A DNA stretch of 64,000 nt from Chiloscyllium plagiosum (lineage: Eukaryota), in contig NC_057750.1 of assembly GCF_004010195.1 (NCBI RefSeq), positions 1,795,824-1,859,823 on the forward strand, in the 5' to 3' direction. Below are positions 49,101 to 60,154 of the stretch, piece after piece; within the stretch, counting starts at the first letter, position 1, and each line of letters starts with the position of its first letter. The notes under the pieces were generated by a model that did no database searches, was not told where the DNA came from, and saw only the letters and a list, made by a program, of their open reading frames with translations. A program made the position numbers and the translations under genes.

Positions 49101-52100
49101 TGTATTTGCAATTTGAAATAATCAGGTAAAATAATTGTAAAGTTCTGGGAATTAATTTGCCCCTGGTAACACAGTTTGATCATTGACACTCTAGAAGTGA
49201 TAGGAATCTCCAGTTCTCTGATCCAGTTGAAGAAATTGTACAATACTGGAGAATAGAAAAATGTTTAAAACTGTAGTTCTGGCACAAACTTTTAATTTGT
49301 CATTGTTGACTTCTGTAGTGCTTTTAGTTTAAATTCTTTGCTTTGGTCTTTATTTCTGATCCTGGCAGAATGGCATATTTGAGGCAGTTTCATGGACCAT
49401 ATTTAAGAGCTGAGCACCAGATGCCATCTTGCTGATGCTGAATTTTTCAGAAGACTACTTTAAAATGGGTTACTGTACACTGATTTATTCACCATTAATT
49501 TGGCCTGTATACACAATGGGGAAACTAGAGAGGTGTAATGGGAAGTGAGTTTATACCATTTATTCATATGGTTTTTTTTGTAGTAACTTATAAACCTGGC
49601 ACAGTGAATTTGATTGTAAAACTTTAGTGTGCACAAAGAAACCAAATAAATTGTGTATTCAACTGCTCGACTAACTTATTTTTTAAAAACCTGGAGAAAA
49701 TACACCTCTTAAAACCACAATATCGTCACAAATTAAGTCAATGGATGACAGGCTGGTTTGCGTGATGGATTGGGCTGTGTTCATGACTTTCTGTTGTAAC
49801 TGTGGTCTTTGGAAGAGCAGTTGCCATATCAAGCTGTGATGCATCTAGATAGAATATTTTCTAGGCTGCATCAATAAACCCTCTCTTTAATTAGTAAGCT
49901 ACCCGTACCCAAAAATCACCATCAACATTACATCCAATTGCTCAACATTCTGTGTCTCACAACAAACTCCAGTTATCCAATTTCTTCAGATTAATCTTGT
50001 CTCAATCTCTGCTTCATTCATTGTCTTCACATAGTCCATTCCCAGCACCAATGAAGGAATCTCACTGACAGATCTGAGTGTATATCTATTCCCTTTTCCT
50101 CCCTAACAAAAGAATTCAGCCATGTTCAAACATCCCCATCATAATCTATTGATGTCGTTATTCCTCACTACGTGGGAGTGGTACAGTGGTTAGCACTAAT
50201 GCCTCATAGCAGCAGGGGCCCTGATTCGATTCCAGCCTTCTAGTTTACACGTTTGGGTGGGTTTCTTCCGGGTGCTCCAGTTTCCTCCCACAGTCCTAAG
50301 CTGTGCAAGGATTGGTCAGGGTATATTGTCCATAGTGTCCAGGGATGGTGCAGGCCGGGTGGGTTAGCCTGGTAAATATGGAGTTATGGGGCGAGGATGG
50401 GGGTCTGAGTGTAGGTGGGATGCTTTTTGGAGGGTTGGTGTGGACATGGTGGGCTGAATAGCCTCCTTACGCATTATCGGGATTCTACGATTCAGTTCTG
50501 TAGTGGATTCTACTGAATATTGGTTTTAAATACTGAACCTGCTGGTACTCAAAGACAATCAAGCTGCATTGGAACACTGCAAAACTATATGTGAATCTGT
50601 ATCAACTGTCAGACTTCAAATCTGTGCATCCTCATCACACATACACCATTCATTTTTTGATGCTTGCCAAGGTACTGAAGATGGAAGATTTATATAACAA
50701 CTAGGATAATTGTTGGTCACGAGTAACAGGATGTAATAAATGAAGTGATGTTTATCAACATCAGGAGAACTCCTGAGTTTCAATTACTACATTAAACTCA
50801 CTACCATACAATTTGTTTTAATTAAAATGTACAATGTGAGCCACTTGAAGCAGATTTATCTATGCCAACTTGATATATGTAGAATGACTCCTAACCAGAA
50901 CAAATCAGTCCATACTGTGTGATGCAGAATGTCAACGTTGTGCCCTGTCTGTGAAATTGTGAAATAGAAGCACAACTTAGGAATACATAATATCCAGTAG
51001 GAAGACTCTCCTATGAAATATAGGATTTCTCACACAACATATGTTTAAAGACTCCATTTGTCCATAATACTTTTGTCAAAACACAATCTTTGTAAATGGA
51101 AGATACTGTATAAGAAAGAAAATATTCTTGCATTGGCTATCGCATTTATCAGATGACTGTGCTTCACAGGCAGTAAACTAATAGTCACTTCTGTAATCTA
51201 GAAATTTGACACATTTATGTGCAGGCAAAATTTCACCAAAAATAATGTTGATTAGTGACATTGGTTGAGGGATAAATATTTGACAGGACTTTAATGAGAG
51301 CTTTCCTGCTCTTCATCAGAGTAGTGCTGCGTGATCTTCTCCATTCAGTCAAGGTCTTGGACTTGGCCTGAGTTTATCATCTTGTTCATCAGTATAAGTC
51401 GAATGGGTTTAGTTGGACTTTACTGTTGACTCGAGGGGTCACTGCTTCGGAAGTAGGGAAATTATTAGTAATTTATTATTGGTATTTCATGTTCTTTGGT
51501 GAATACTGGAATTCATAAATTTCTTTTCCTTTCCAGCTGGGGTTTCAGTCAGTCGAGTTCACTTCCCACAGCCGGCTCTGTGGTTGGCGGACTAGGCAGG
51601 CGAGGCCAACGGCCATTCCAGGTGCCTCCACGGGGTCTTTCTGCAAACCGCATGGGTCTGATTGGCACTTCAGCTGCTAGTCTGGGTGGTGTTTCTCCAA
51701 GGCATACGCTTAATCCATTGACAAGTCAAGGGAGGCAGGTTAGTAAAGTTCCTATTGAGGAAAATGGCTATGCTACAAGATTGCAACTTAAAATGTTTGT
51801 TGGTGGAAATCAGAGATGCTGATCGGCTGTGGATTCCTTCGATGAGTGCAATCTTTTCAAGTGTTAAATATAAATGATATTCAGAATTTAGTGGTCTGCT
51901 ATCTCTCTAGAGAAAAATGGTGAATGCAGCAGCTGTTGGTAGTATGTGTTGGTATTCTTTATCAACTACCATTCTTTTACCAGCATCTCATTCATCATGC
52001 ATTCCCTACTCCTCCATTTGCCAGATTTGTCATAAACCATGTGAAATACAATAAAACTTTCCATATGTACATACCAGTGAATTAAGGAAAATCTAATTAA

Positions 52101-55100
52101 GGAAAATCCTTCTCCTAGTGTTCAATGTCCTGGACGGAAAAAACAAGTATCTATAAAATAAGCACTGCTTTTAAAAAAAAACTAACTTTGAAAGTCCTAT
52201 ATTGCTGACGAGCTGAGAATGTGAATTTAAGTAATGTGTTCAATGACTTGGTGTCTTCAGCCTTGCTCCTCTTTTTGTTCAGCCATTGTACACCTGCTTT
52301 CTGTAACTCTTTGCCCAGTTTCTTCTTTATTTGGCACCTTGCATTTCCACCTGCTTCCTGTCACAATTTTACTCTCCTAATGCAGATGAACCCAAGAAAT
52401 TGAGGGTTGTTACTGTGGCTTTTCATGCTTTGAGCTGTGTTTATGGATGATGAAAGGTTGTATGAACCTGTAAAGTTATTACCATGAAATTGGATGTTGG
52501 TGTCTTCCGTTGTGCCACCTCAGGATGAAATTGTAGGAAGTTTAAAATTAAACAAATTTTTAAAAACTGGGACTTTCATCACGTATCTCTTTTAGAATGA
52601 GGATGCGAACATAGCAACATAAAAAATGGGAGCAGGAGTCAGCCATTCGTCCTTTAGCGTGCTCTGACAGTCAATATCATCATGACTGATCATCCAACTC
52701 AGTACCCTGTTCCTTTTTTTTTCTCCCCATTCCCTTTGACGCCTTTAGTCTCAAGAACTGTATCTCCTTCTTGGAAACATTCAGTGTTTTGGCCTCAACT
52801 GTTTTTATGGCAGACGTTCCAAAGGCTCACAACTGAATGAAGACATTTCTCCTTATCTCAGTCCTAAATAGCTCACCATAGACTATGATATTACATTTAG
52901 TCCCCTCACCTAAATCATTAATATGTATTGTGAACAGCTGTGGTCCAAGTATTGATCCCAGTAATATCCCATTAGTTGTTGGTCTACCACACTCTAAAGA
53001 CCTTATTCATTACCTTTCTGCCAACCAGTTCTCTATCCATGTCAGTACACCATTACCCCATCCCATGTGCTTTCATTTTGCATGCTAATTTCTTATGTGG
53101 GACTTTAATGAAAGCCTTCTGGAAGTCAAAGTAAACCACATCCACTTGTTCTCCCTTATCAGCTGTGTCAGTTAAATCCTCAAAATTCCAATAGATTGGT
53201 TAAGCAAGACTACCCTTTCATGAATCCATGTTAATTATGTCAGATCCTCCCTCTGTTTTCCAAGTGCTGAGCATTTAAATCACGTGTAAGGGCAGAGCAG
53301 TGGGTGAAAGTCAAATCCAGTTCTAGCATAACTTCCTGTTGAGGGATGCAGGCATCACTGGCAAGTCCAGAATTTATTGTCCACACCAGTGCACCTGAGC
53401 AGCTTTTTTTGCCTCATTTTAAATGATAGTTGAGAGTTTAACCCACATGGCTGTGGACCTGGAGAGAGTATTCAGAAATTGAGGGGTTTTTTTAACAAAA
53501 GATTCATTAACCCATTCTAGATTTGTTTAGTCAACCAAAAATTTTAAATTTCTTAGCCACCATGTTGATATTTGAACTTGTCTCCAAGTCATTAGTGCAT
53601 TATTATAACCATACTTGGATACCACATCCTCACTGGCGATCTCTGTGCTCTTAGGTTATGAAAGGAGGCTTTCTGCCCTAATCAGCATTCAGCAAATCCG
53701 CCTGGATTTTCTTTCTCTTCTCAGGGTTGAGAGATTTTGGAACACTCTGCCTGAGGAGGCAGGATCATTGAATATTCTACAGTGGAGATAGATTCCTCTA
53801 CTTGACAAGAATCTAAGGCTATCAGGGACAGATTGAAATGTGGAATTTGAAACATGATCTTACTGAATGGCAGAGCAAGCTCAAGTTGCCTACTTCTGTT
53901 CCTAGTTCATGTATTCATAAATGTGGACATTATGGAATGATCCTGTTTCTTCCTTGGCCAATCTGTTTGTCTGCCAAGGCCAACGGCCTCATCTTGCATG
54001 AGGAAATTATTACTTGAATGAAGTGACAAAGAGCTGACAGTGCAGGTGGAACTACAATCCAGCAAGTGGCACCATAAGTAAAGAGGGATGAGGCGACAAT
54101 CACCAAGTTCTTATTAACAGTTTGATTCTCGTGATCATTTGTGGATGTTCGAAAATGGGCTTTCTTGATTAGTAATTTCTCTTTTATTAAAATGAGGAAA
54201 ATAAATCCAGATGTCGTCATCCAGGTACTGCATTATATTTTTTTTTATTCCTGCAGAACCTATGGTTTGCGAACCCAGGTGGCAGTAATAGCATGCCAAG
54301 TCAAAGTCGCAGTTCTGTGCAACGGACATACTCACTACCTGTGCATACCTCCCCACAGGCCATCCTGATGTTCCAGCAGCCAGGTTTGTCATGTTTTATC
54401 TCTGAGGAGAAAGTGAGGTCTGCAGATGCTGGAGATCAGAGCTGAAAATGTGTTGCTGGAAAAGCGCAGCATGTTTTACCTCTGTCAATTCCACCTTCAG
54501 CATGGGAAGTGTCTTTGTGAAAATAATGAGATGCAGTTTGTTTATAAGACAAGTTTTATAAATCTTCCCCCACTGCTTGTTTCTGACTTGACCAGTTGAA
54601 GTACAATAGACGATAGGTGCAGGAATAGGCCATTCTGCCCTTCGAGCCAGCACCACCATTCATTATGATCATGGCTGATCCTGTTCCTGCCTTATCCCCA
54701 TAACCCTTGATTCCACTATCCTTAAGAGCTCTATCCAACTCTTTCTTGAAAGCATCCAGAGACTTGGCCTCCACAGCCTTCTGGGGCAGAGCATTCCATA
54801 CACACAACACTCTCTGGGTGCAGAAGTTTCTCCTCATCTCAGTTGTAAGTGGCCTACCCCTTATTTTTAAACTGTCCTCTGGTTCGGGATTCACCCATCA
54901 GCGGAATCATGCTTCCTGCCTCCAGAGTGTCCAATCCTTTAATAATCTTATACATCTCAATCAGATCCCCTCTCAACCTTCTAAACCCAAGCGTATACAA
55001 GCCCAGTCGCTCCAATCTTTCAGCATAAGATAATCCTGCCATTCCGGGAATTGACCTTGTGAACCTACACTGCACTCCCTCAGTAGCCAGAATGTCTTTC

Positions 55101-58100
55101 CTCAAATTTCGAGACCAAAACTGCGCACAATATTCCAGGTGCGATCTCACCAGGGCCATGTACAGCTCCAGAAGGACCTCTTTGCTTCTGTACTCAATTC
55201 CTCTCGTTATGAAGGCCAGCATGCTATTAGCCTGCCTTCACTGCCTGCTGTACCTGCATGCTTGCTTTCATTGACTGATGTACAAGAACACCTAGATCTC
55301 GTTGTACTGCCCCTTTACCTAACTTGACTCCATTTAGGTAGTGATCTGCCTTCATGTTCTTGCCACCAAAGTGGATAACCACACATTTATCCACATTAAA
55401 CTGCATCTGCCATGCATCCGTCCACTCACCTAACCTGTCCATGTCACCCTATTCTCCTAACATCCTTCTCGCGTTTCACCTTGCCACCCAGCTTTGTGTC
55501 ATCAGCAAATTTGCTAATATTACTTTTAATACCCTCATCTATATCATTAATGTACATTGTAAAAAGCTGCGGTCCCAGCACCGATCCCTGTGGCACAACA
55601 CTGGTCCCTGCCTGCCATTCAGAAAGGGAGCCGTTTATCACTATTCTTTGTTTCCTGTCAGCCAACCAATTTCCAATCCATGTCAGTATATTGCCCCTAA
55701 TACCATGTGCCCTAATTTTGCTCACTAACCTCCTACGTGGGACTTTATCAAAGGCTTTTTGAAAGTTCAGGTATGCTACATCCACTGGATCTCCCTTGTC
55801 CATCTTCAGAGTTACATCCTCAAAAAACTCTAGAAGATTAGTCAAGCATGATTTCCCCTTCATAAATCCATGCTGACTCTGACCTATCCTGTTACTGCTA
55901 TCCAGATGTGTCGTAACTTCGTCCTTTATAATTGACGCCAAAATTTTTCCCACCACTGAGGTCAGACTAACTGGTCTATAATAGTTGCTATTTTGGTTGC
56001 TATTTTGATCGATAATTTGGAGGAAACTTGAGGATCCCTAAGAACATTTTTAAACAGACCACTTAGTCATCCTTGGTCAGTTTAAAATGCAGAGAGCTTT
56101 CCCATCCTGCCCTCCAGTCTGGCTGTATAGTAAACAAATGTTTTGCACATTGTGGTCTTGAGACACTGAGATCAGAAATTCTCCGATCGGTGCTGAGAAA
56201 GTTCACCCTATACAGGAAGATTTACAGGGCTAAAAGAAATGAACTAACGGTGTAGCTCTGTTAAAAATGAGTACAGGCATAATGGGCCAAATGGCCTCCT
56301 ATGCTGTATTATTTTGTGATTCAAGTTGAACTATTAGAATTAATCTTGAGCCTTAAACTTGATTATGGGGAGAGGGTGGTAAGAGGAGAGAAGCTAATGA
56401 TGATTCCTGCTCTTAATTAAGGTCCACTTACTCCCATTGTCTGCAGATGTGGGCTTTCTAATGGATGAGAACATGATCAGACTTCTCATTAGTGACCAGT
56501 ATTATTGAGAGGCTTGCTAATGCTGTTAACATTCTCTCTCACAGGGCAAAGTATGGTTCTTACTTTGAGTGTGCTGGGCGGTCTGGAATCAAATGATCTT
56601 CCCACCCCCACTCCAAACCTCAATCAGTCACTTAAAGGTCTCATACCAATTGTAGGGGAGTCTATATGCTACATAAGGAGGCCACCCAGTAAAGGTGGGT
56701 TTTGGAAGCCCTAAAGGCAAAGCAGGTTGTTTTCCAGCTGCTGGGCATGTGGCCATTATATTCAGCTCAACAAATGAATATTCAAGTGCTGAGAATGCCT
56801 GTGGCAGCAGATGTTATTGTCTCCAAGCATCTTTCTCCAAAAGAGGAGAAATTGTGGAACGCAGAAGAAACCCTGCAGAGAAAGAAGTGGCATTCTGTTG
56901 CATGGCCAAATTGAAATTTTACTGAAGATTTGTGATGTTTTTACAGAATGCCAAGTGCCAGTAACAGAACCTGAGATTAATACCAGACTAGAATCTCTGT
57001 GTCTCAGTATGACCGAGCACGCCTTAGGAGGTAAGTGAAGGGTTTCAGTGGAATTCAAGTCCTAGCTATACTTGTCTTTTTGTGGGTTATGTGGAATATT
57101 CCTTGTTTCAGTCCTAATCAGTATAGTTTCTTAAAATTATTAATGTACAGGAGGCTGTAGTGCCTGCCATTTCCTGTGCTCACCCTGAAATGGAGCATTT
57201 AATCAATTATTATTCCAATTTCCTCTCCCTCACAGTCCATCACCAACTTCTTCCTTCCTTTCCTTGACTTTTCTGCCTCCTTTTCCAGGCAAATGCTATC
57301 CCCAAATATGCACGATATACACTGGCTCAACTAGAATTCTTTGCATTTGGTTTCCTGTTAACACTCCCAGTTTCTACAGTGTTTCTGACAAGTTCCTTTT
57401 GTCCTCAAGGATTTCTGCCCTCTCACTGTGCTTGGTTAGGTGTTTAACTGGGTCCACCCCATTTTCAAGTACCTGCTTTCATATCATCAGTTCCCACAAT
57501 AGTTCCCTTTGTTCTTTCCTTCCATCCTGCCAACCTCCATATTCCATAGATCTTCCTTTCCAGTTTGGATTGCATTCTACCTGATGATATCAATTGCATC
57601 TCCTCTTGTCCCCTCTGCCGACTCCTGTGTAATGTCAGCACCAAACACATTTCCTGTCTTCCCCTTTCAGCATTCTGAAGTGGCCTATCCCTCTGTGACA
57701 CCATGCTTCATTCCTCCATTTACTCCGACACACTCACCTTGTCATCTTTCTATTCAACCACATGCCATCCAAGGCCTCAAACACATTTTCCAGGTGAAAC
57801 AATAACGTATGTGTACTTTGAGTTTATACTATACACACAGTGCATTTGCTGTGTAGTGGAGAGACCAAATGTAGATTTCTCCTGTTTCGGTGTAAACCTG
57901 AGCTTCGATCTTGTGCCTTTTCAATTCTTATCTTTGCCCTCATGCTGACCTTTCCATCCCCCATCTCCTGCAGTTTACCAGTGAAGCTTAGAAGCACTTT
58001 ATCTTGCAATTGGATGCTTTACTAAATTCCTGACTCAACATCAACAATTCAGACCATGACTATGACTTCTGCCATCCCCTCTTCCCCTACTACCAAAAGA

Positions 58101-60154
58101 AACATTGTTTTTGCAGTTTTTTGCTCTAATTTTGTTTTCCTCTTGCTGTTGCTTTTAGATGACAGCTCTTCATCTGCCAATCATACCTCTTCTAGAATTG
58201 TATTTCTTTTTCCCTCTCTTTTGGTCATGCACCATCAATCCTTTTTTCCCTTTTTAAAATTCACTTGTGGCACGTGGGCATCGTTGGCTAGCCAGCTTTT
58301 ATTGCCTGTCCCTAGCTACCCTTGAACGGAGTAGCTTGCTGGACCATTTCGAAGGACAGTTGAGATTTGACCATCTTGCTGAGGTTATAGAATCACATGT
58401 GGGCCAGACCAAGTGAAGAGGCAGATTTCCTTCCCTGAAGGACATTTGTGAGCCAGATGGGTTATTCCACCAATAACTAATTGCTTCATGGTCATCCATA
58501 GATTCTTAATTCCAGATTATTTTTAATTGAACCCAGGTTCCCAGAACATTTGCTGAGTTCCTGGTTAAAGAGTCTATCAATAATACTACTAGGCCATTGA
58601 CTCCCCATTTCCATTTCATCCATTTTCATTTAATCTTTCCCTTCTCCCAACCCAGCACACCCATACTTTTTTGTACTTTTCTTCACCCTTTTCCATTTCA
58701 TTTGATTAAAATGTATTAAATTTCTACCTCCTTTCAATTCTGATAAAACTTATCAACCTGAAACATTATCTCTGTCTCAACACAATACAGCCAAGAAATT
58801 GCAGCATTTTCAGTTCTTATCTATCCAAAACCATAAGACATAGGAGCAGAAATTAGGCCATTCAGCCCATGGAGTCTGTTCCGCTATTCAATCATGGCTG
58901 ATAAGTTTCTCAATTCCACTTTTCCCCCCATAACCCTTGATCCCCTTTGCAATCAAGAACCTATCTGTCTCCATCTTAAATATACTTCATGACCTGACCT
59001 CCCCAGCGTTCTGGGTCAGTGAATTCCATAGCTTCACCACTCTCTGGCTGAAGAAGTTTCTCCTTGCCTGTTCTAAAAGGTCTTCCGTTTGCTCTAAGGC
59101 TGTGTCCTCTGATCCTCTTCTCTTACCAATGGAAACATCTCCTCAAAGTCCACTGTGTCCAGGTATTCTGTAAGTTTCAATTAGATTCTCCCCTCGTTCT
59201 TCTAAACTCCATAGAGTATAGATCCAGAATTCTCAAATGTTCCTTATATATGGTAAGCTGTTCATTCCTGGAACCATTTTCGTGAATCTCCTCTGAACAC
59301 GCTCCAGGGCCTGCGCATCCCTTCTGCGGTATGGGGGCCCAAGACTGCGAACAATACTCCAAATGTGACCTGACCAGAGCCTTATAGAGCCTCAGAAGTA
59401 CATCCCTGCTTTTATGTTTAAGTCCTATCAGTGTTTGGCTCTAGAACTGGTGCACAGTCAGTCAGGAACCAAATATAAATAATACATTTGTAATGGTTGC
59501 TGTGCTATTGAGATCCAGTAATTTGTACCACAGCAGCAGTGAATGTGGTAAGTCAAGTACCACTGGAGAACTAAGACTGCTACTGCAACTATAGTCCTCC
59601 TTTCCCCAGTAAAGGGTCACTGTTCTTTATTAAACTTTTTCACATTCTCTTTGTCTTGATGTTAGAAATATGATTTTACCTTAGTTATACAACATTAAAC
59701 CGATTAATGTTTCTCATGGTTGATTTATGAAACTTTATTATGAATGTTAAATTGCACAATACTTGCATGCTTTGTTCAGTCATAATTCAAGCTGTCGCAG
59801 TTGTAAGTTAAGACTTTTCTTAGAATTTTAGTAAAGAGCTAGACATCAAGATTGAAAAGGGTGGTATTGTTCACTAACCTGGAAGTGCATGGGTAAAATG
59901 TTATAAGGTGGAGGACAGACCAAGTAACACAAATTTCATTAGAGGAGTCTTATTATGGGAAGTGATGCATTGAGCCTGGATTTCAACATATCGGGAAAGC
60001 AAACTATTAAATGTGCTAGTTGTGTATTTGATGTGTAGCAGAAAGAGTGAAAATCTGAAGAGGAGATTATGGCAATACCCTTGGCTGATGCTTCATTAAA
60101 ACGATTTTATTTTTTATTTTGACAGATGGAGTGGACAAGACATCAACTATTTAG
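18594..60154 (+). CDS. SAMD4B: Smaug homologue (SAM-domain RNA-binding translational repressor), 5'-partial multi-exon CDS: join(18594..19109,31087..31353,39523..39632,40454..40540,42207..42516,44449..44534,47411..47526,51537..51738,54257..54383,56947..57030,60126..60154)
   Basis: The spliced translation is recognisably SAMD4/Smaug ([28 protein letters not shown] domain [18 protein letters not shown]-like region, C-terminal [22 protein letters not shown]). All 10 introns are GT-AG and the phases chain with no stop. SAMD4B is preferred over SAMD4A from remembered diagnostic residues ([43 protein letters not shown]). Family assignment is firm; paralogue identity is less so. Confidence 0.85.
19775..20120 (-). 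mobile_element. Second-family tRNA-derived SINE
   Basis: Reverse complement of the 3388-3735 type. Confidence 0.75.
22902..23725 (-). mobile_element. HE1-type SINE interrupted by a ~515-bp insertion
   Basis: Body at 22902-23155, head at 23671-23725 (gtgctaaccactgagcca). Confidence 0.8.
23155..23670 (-). mobile_element. Probable solo LTR (3' end not recognisable)
   Basis: Minus strand begins TGAGAA; 29-bp internal direct repeat; CCAAT (23353-57), TATATA (23301-06) and AATAAA (23204-09) in LTR order. Confidence 0.55.
24972..25191. mobile_element. Fold-back mini-element (second PLE-like family)
   Basis: ~95-bp inverted arms around gtcgtgacag; decayed hammerhead cores in both arms; TSD-like tcagaagactgat and tcagaaaactaat. 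Confidence 0.8.
25315..25685 (-). mobile_element. Second-family tRNA-derived SINE
   Basis: gggattcgaatcc B-box on the reverse strand; colinear with the 3388 copy. Confidence 0.72.
26080..27340 (+). mobile_element. Old CR1 remnant with nested PLE ends (~26970-27040 and 27087-27215, minus strand)
   Basis: SLQRDLCRL, ctggagtattgtgtacagttttggtctcc; nested ggagaaagtgaggactgcaggtgctggagatc. Confidence 0.7.
29968..31030 (+). mobile_element. Young 5'-truncated CR1 (HER1-type) LINE
   Basis: RT motifs [20 protein letters not shown] and KFADDTK, with few frameshifts; tail atctctatgactct. Confidence 0.96.
31087..31353 (+). CDS. SAMD4B: SAMD4 coding exon, 267 nt, phase 1-1
   Basis: Acceptor aattttcag, donor g|gtaaga; [21 protein letters not shown]...[40 protein letters not shown]. 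Confidence 0.95.
34475..35613 (-). mobile_element. Penelope-like element, 5'-truncated, with inverted pLTR
   Basis: Minus-strand GIY-YIG remnants ([35 protein letters not shown]); inverted terminal arms ~34475-34670 and 35370-35580; perfect TSD ctgaaatgttgatta at 34461-34475 and 35614-35628; hammerhead cores at 34540-34567(-) and 35493-35520(+). Confidence 0.93.
36021..36466. mobile_element. Fold-back PLE (third family, Poseidon-like)
   Basis: Minus strand [25 protein letters not shown]; inverted arms; hammerhead-like 36355-36388; TSD-like atgtaacatcaa and atgtgacatcta. Confidence 0.85.
36772..37430 (+). mobile_element. PLE fragment with inverted pLTR (third family)
   Basis: GIY-YIG-like [15 protein letters not shown]...[21 protein letters not shown]; hammerhead-like 37356-37387; TSD atgtct(a/t)aact at 36758-36768 and 37431-37441. 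Confidence 0.87.
37667..37844. mobile_element. Fold-back PLE mini-element with hammerhead in the loop
   Basis: Intact core at 37778-37805; perfect TSD tttaaagttaaagt at 37653-37666 and 37845-37858. Confidence 0.9.
38865..39085 (+). mobile_element. LINE/SINE 3'-tail remnant
   Basis: gcagcagctcaccagcacctactccagagcaattagagaggcaataaatgc shares its tail with the second SINE family. Confidence 0.55.
39523..39632 (+). CDS. SAMD4B: SAMD4 coding exon, SAM domain first part, 110 nt
   Basis: Acceptor tttttgtcttcacag, donor cag|gtttgt; [37 protein letters not shown]. Confidence 0.97.
39645..40150 (-). mobile_element. CR1 3' fragment just downstream of the SAM exon donor
   Basis: atacagcatggaaacagacccttcagtccaac is the reverse complement of the CR1 tail. 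Confidence 0.85.
40454..40540 (+). CDS. SAMD4B: SAMD4 coding exon, SAM domain second part, 87 nt
   Basis: Acceptor tttatgcag, donor aag|gtaagt; [29 protein letters not shown] (not in the ORF track). Confidence 0.97.
42207..42516 (+). CDS. SAMD4B: SAMD4 coding exon, 310 nt
   Basis: Acceptor ctttcaatag, donor g|gttagt; [26 protein letters not shown]...[18 protein letters not shown]. Confidence 0.95.
43200..44045 (-). mobile_element. Old CR1 remnant
   Basis: Degenerate reverse-complement CR1 3' region (aaattgaattccatttgc, ctgcaaatttc). Confidence 0.65.
44449..44534 (+). CDS. SAMD4B: SAMD4 coding exon, 86 nt
   Basis: Acceptor gttttttatag, donor gag|gtgggt; [29 protein letters not shown]. Confidence 0.96.
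46015..47397 (+). mobile_element. CR1 (HER1-type) LINE ending immediately before a splice acceptor
   Basis: [29 protein letters not shown]; internal deletion near 46555; tail tatgactctgac ends 13 nt before exon 47411. Confidence 0.95.
47411..47526 (+). CDS. SAMD4B: SAMD4 coding exon, 116 nt
   Basis: Acceptor aactttacag, donor ag|gtgagt; [38 protein letters not shown]. Confidence 0.95.
48165..49065 (-). mobile_element. CR1 LINE fragment
   Basis: ORFs 48333..48623, 48661..48864 and 48854..49054 ([11 protein letters not shown]). Confidence 0.9.
50172..50490 (+). mobile_element. HE1-type SINE
   Basis: gtggtacagtggttagcactaatgcctc...gattcgattccagcc; tail gggattctacgatt. Confidence 0.8.
51537..51738 (+). 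CDS. SAMD4B: SAMD4 coding exon, 202 nt
   Basis: Acceptor ttcttttcctttccag, donor cag|gttagt; [41 protein letters not shown]...[15 protein letters not shown]. Confidence 0.93.
52610..53270 (-). mobile_element. CR1 (second family) remnant
   Basis: Tail taaaaaatgggagcaggagtcagccattc; RT-like aaagccttctggaagtc. Confidence 0.75.
54257..54383 (+). CDS. SAMD4B: SAMD4 coding exon, 127 nt
   Basis: Acceptor tttttattcctgcag, donor g|gtttgt; [42 protein letters not shown]. Confidence 0.96.
54405..54469 (-). mobile_element. 65-bp PLE end inserted 21 nt downstream of a donor site
   Basis: aggagaaagtgaggtctgcagatgctgg...; TSD catgtttta(t/c)ctctg at 54390-54404 and 54470-54484. Confidence 0.88.
54600..55983 (-). 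mobile_element. Young CR1 LINE (second family)
   Basis: ORF 55444..55956 RT ([42 protein letters not shown]) plus downstream ORF pieces. Confidence 0.96.
56947..57030 (+). CDS. SAMD4B: SAMD4 coding exon, 84 nt
   Basis: Acceptor gtttttacag, donor g|gtaagt; [28 protein letters not shown]. Confidence 0.96.
57280..58820 (+). mobile_element. Old PLE remnant interrupted by a minus-strand SINE (~58250-58605)
   Basis: Pyrimidine-rich sequence resembling the 34475 element in reverse (ccctttcagcattctgaagtggcctatccctctgtgac, ggagagaccaaa); decayed terminal ttctgataaaacttatcaacctgaaacatt. Confidence 0.55.
58830..59430 (-). mobile_element. CR1 (second family) 3' fragment
   Basis: ccataagacataggagcagaaattaggccattcagccc tail; [10 protein letters not shown]. 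Confidence 0.88.
60126..60154 (+). CDS. SAMD4B: SAMD4 last coding exon with stop codon
   Basis: Acceptor tttttattttgacag; DGVDKTSTI then TAG at 60152-60154, matching the SAMD4 C-terminus. Confidence 0.94.

Noticed and set aside
3131..54469. Palindromic repeats suggesting a CRISPR-like array or DNA-transposon MITEs
   Set aside because: The copies are dispersed with no repeat-spacer periodicity. Asymmetric arms, variable 8-16 bp TSDs and identity to the GIY-YIG element ends point to PLE retrotransposition.
55984..56007. Short tandem duplications (gttgctattttg x2; attaaggaaaatc x2 near 52081)
   Set aside because: Ordinary slippage or repair duplications with no sign of function.
56811..56946. 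In-frame open extension upstream of exon 56947 (similar read-throughs at 39339 and 51496)
   Set aside because: No SAMD4 similarity, and canonical acceptors sit at the homologous positions; chance open frames.
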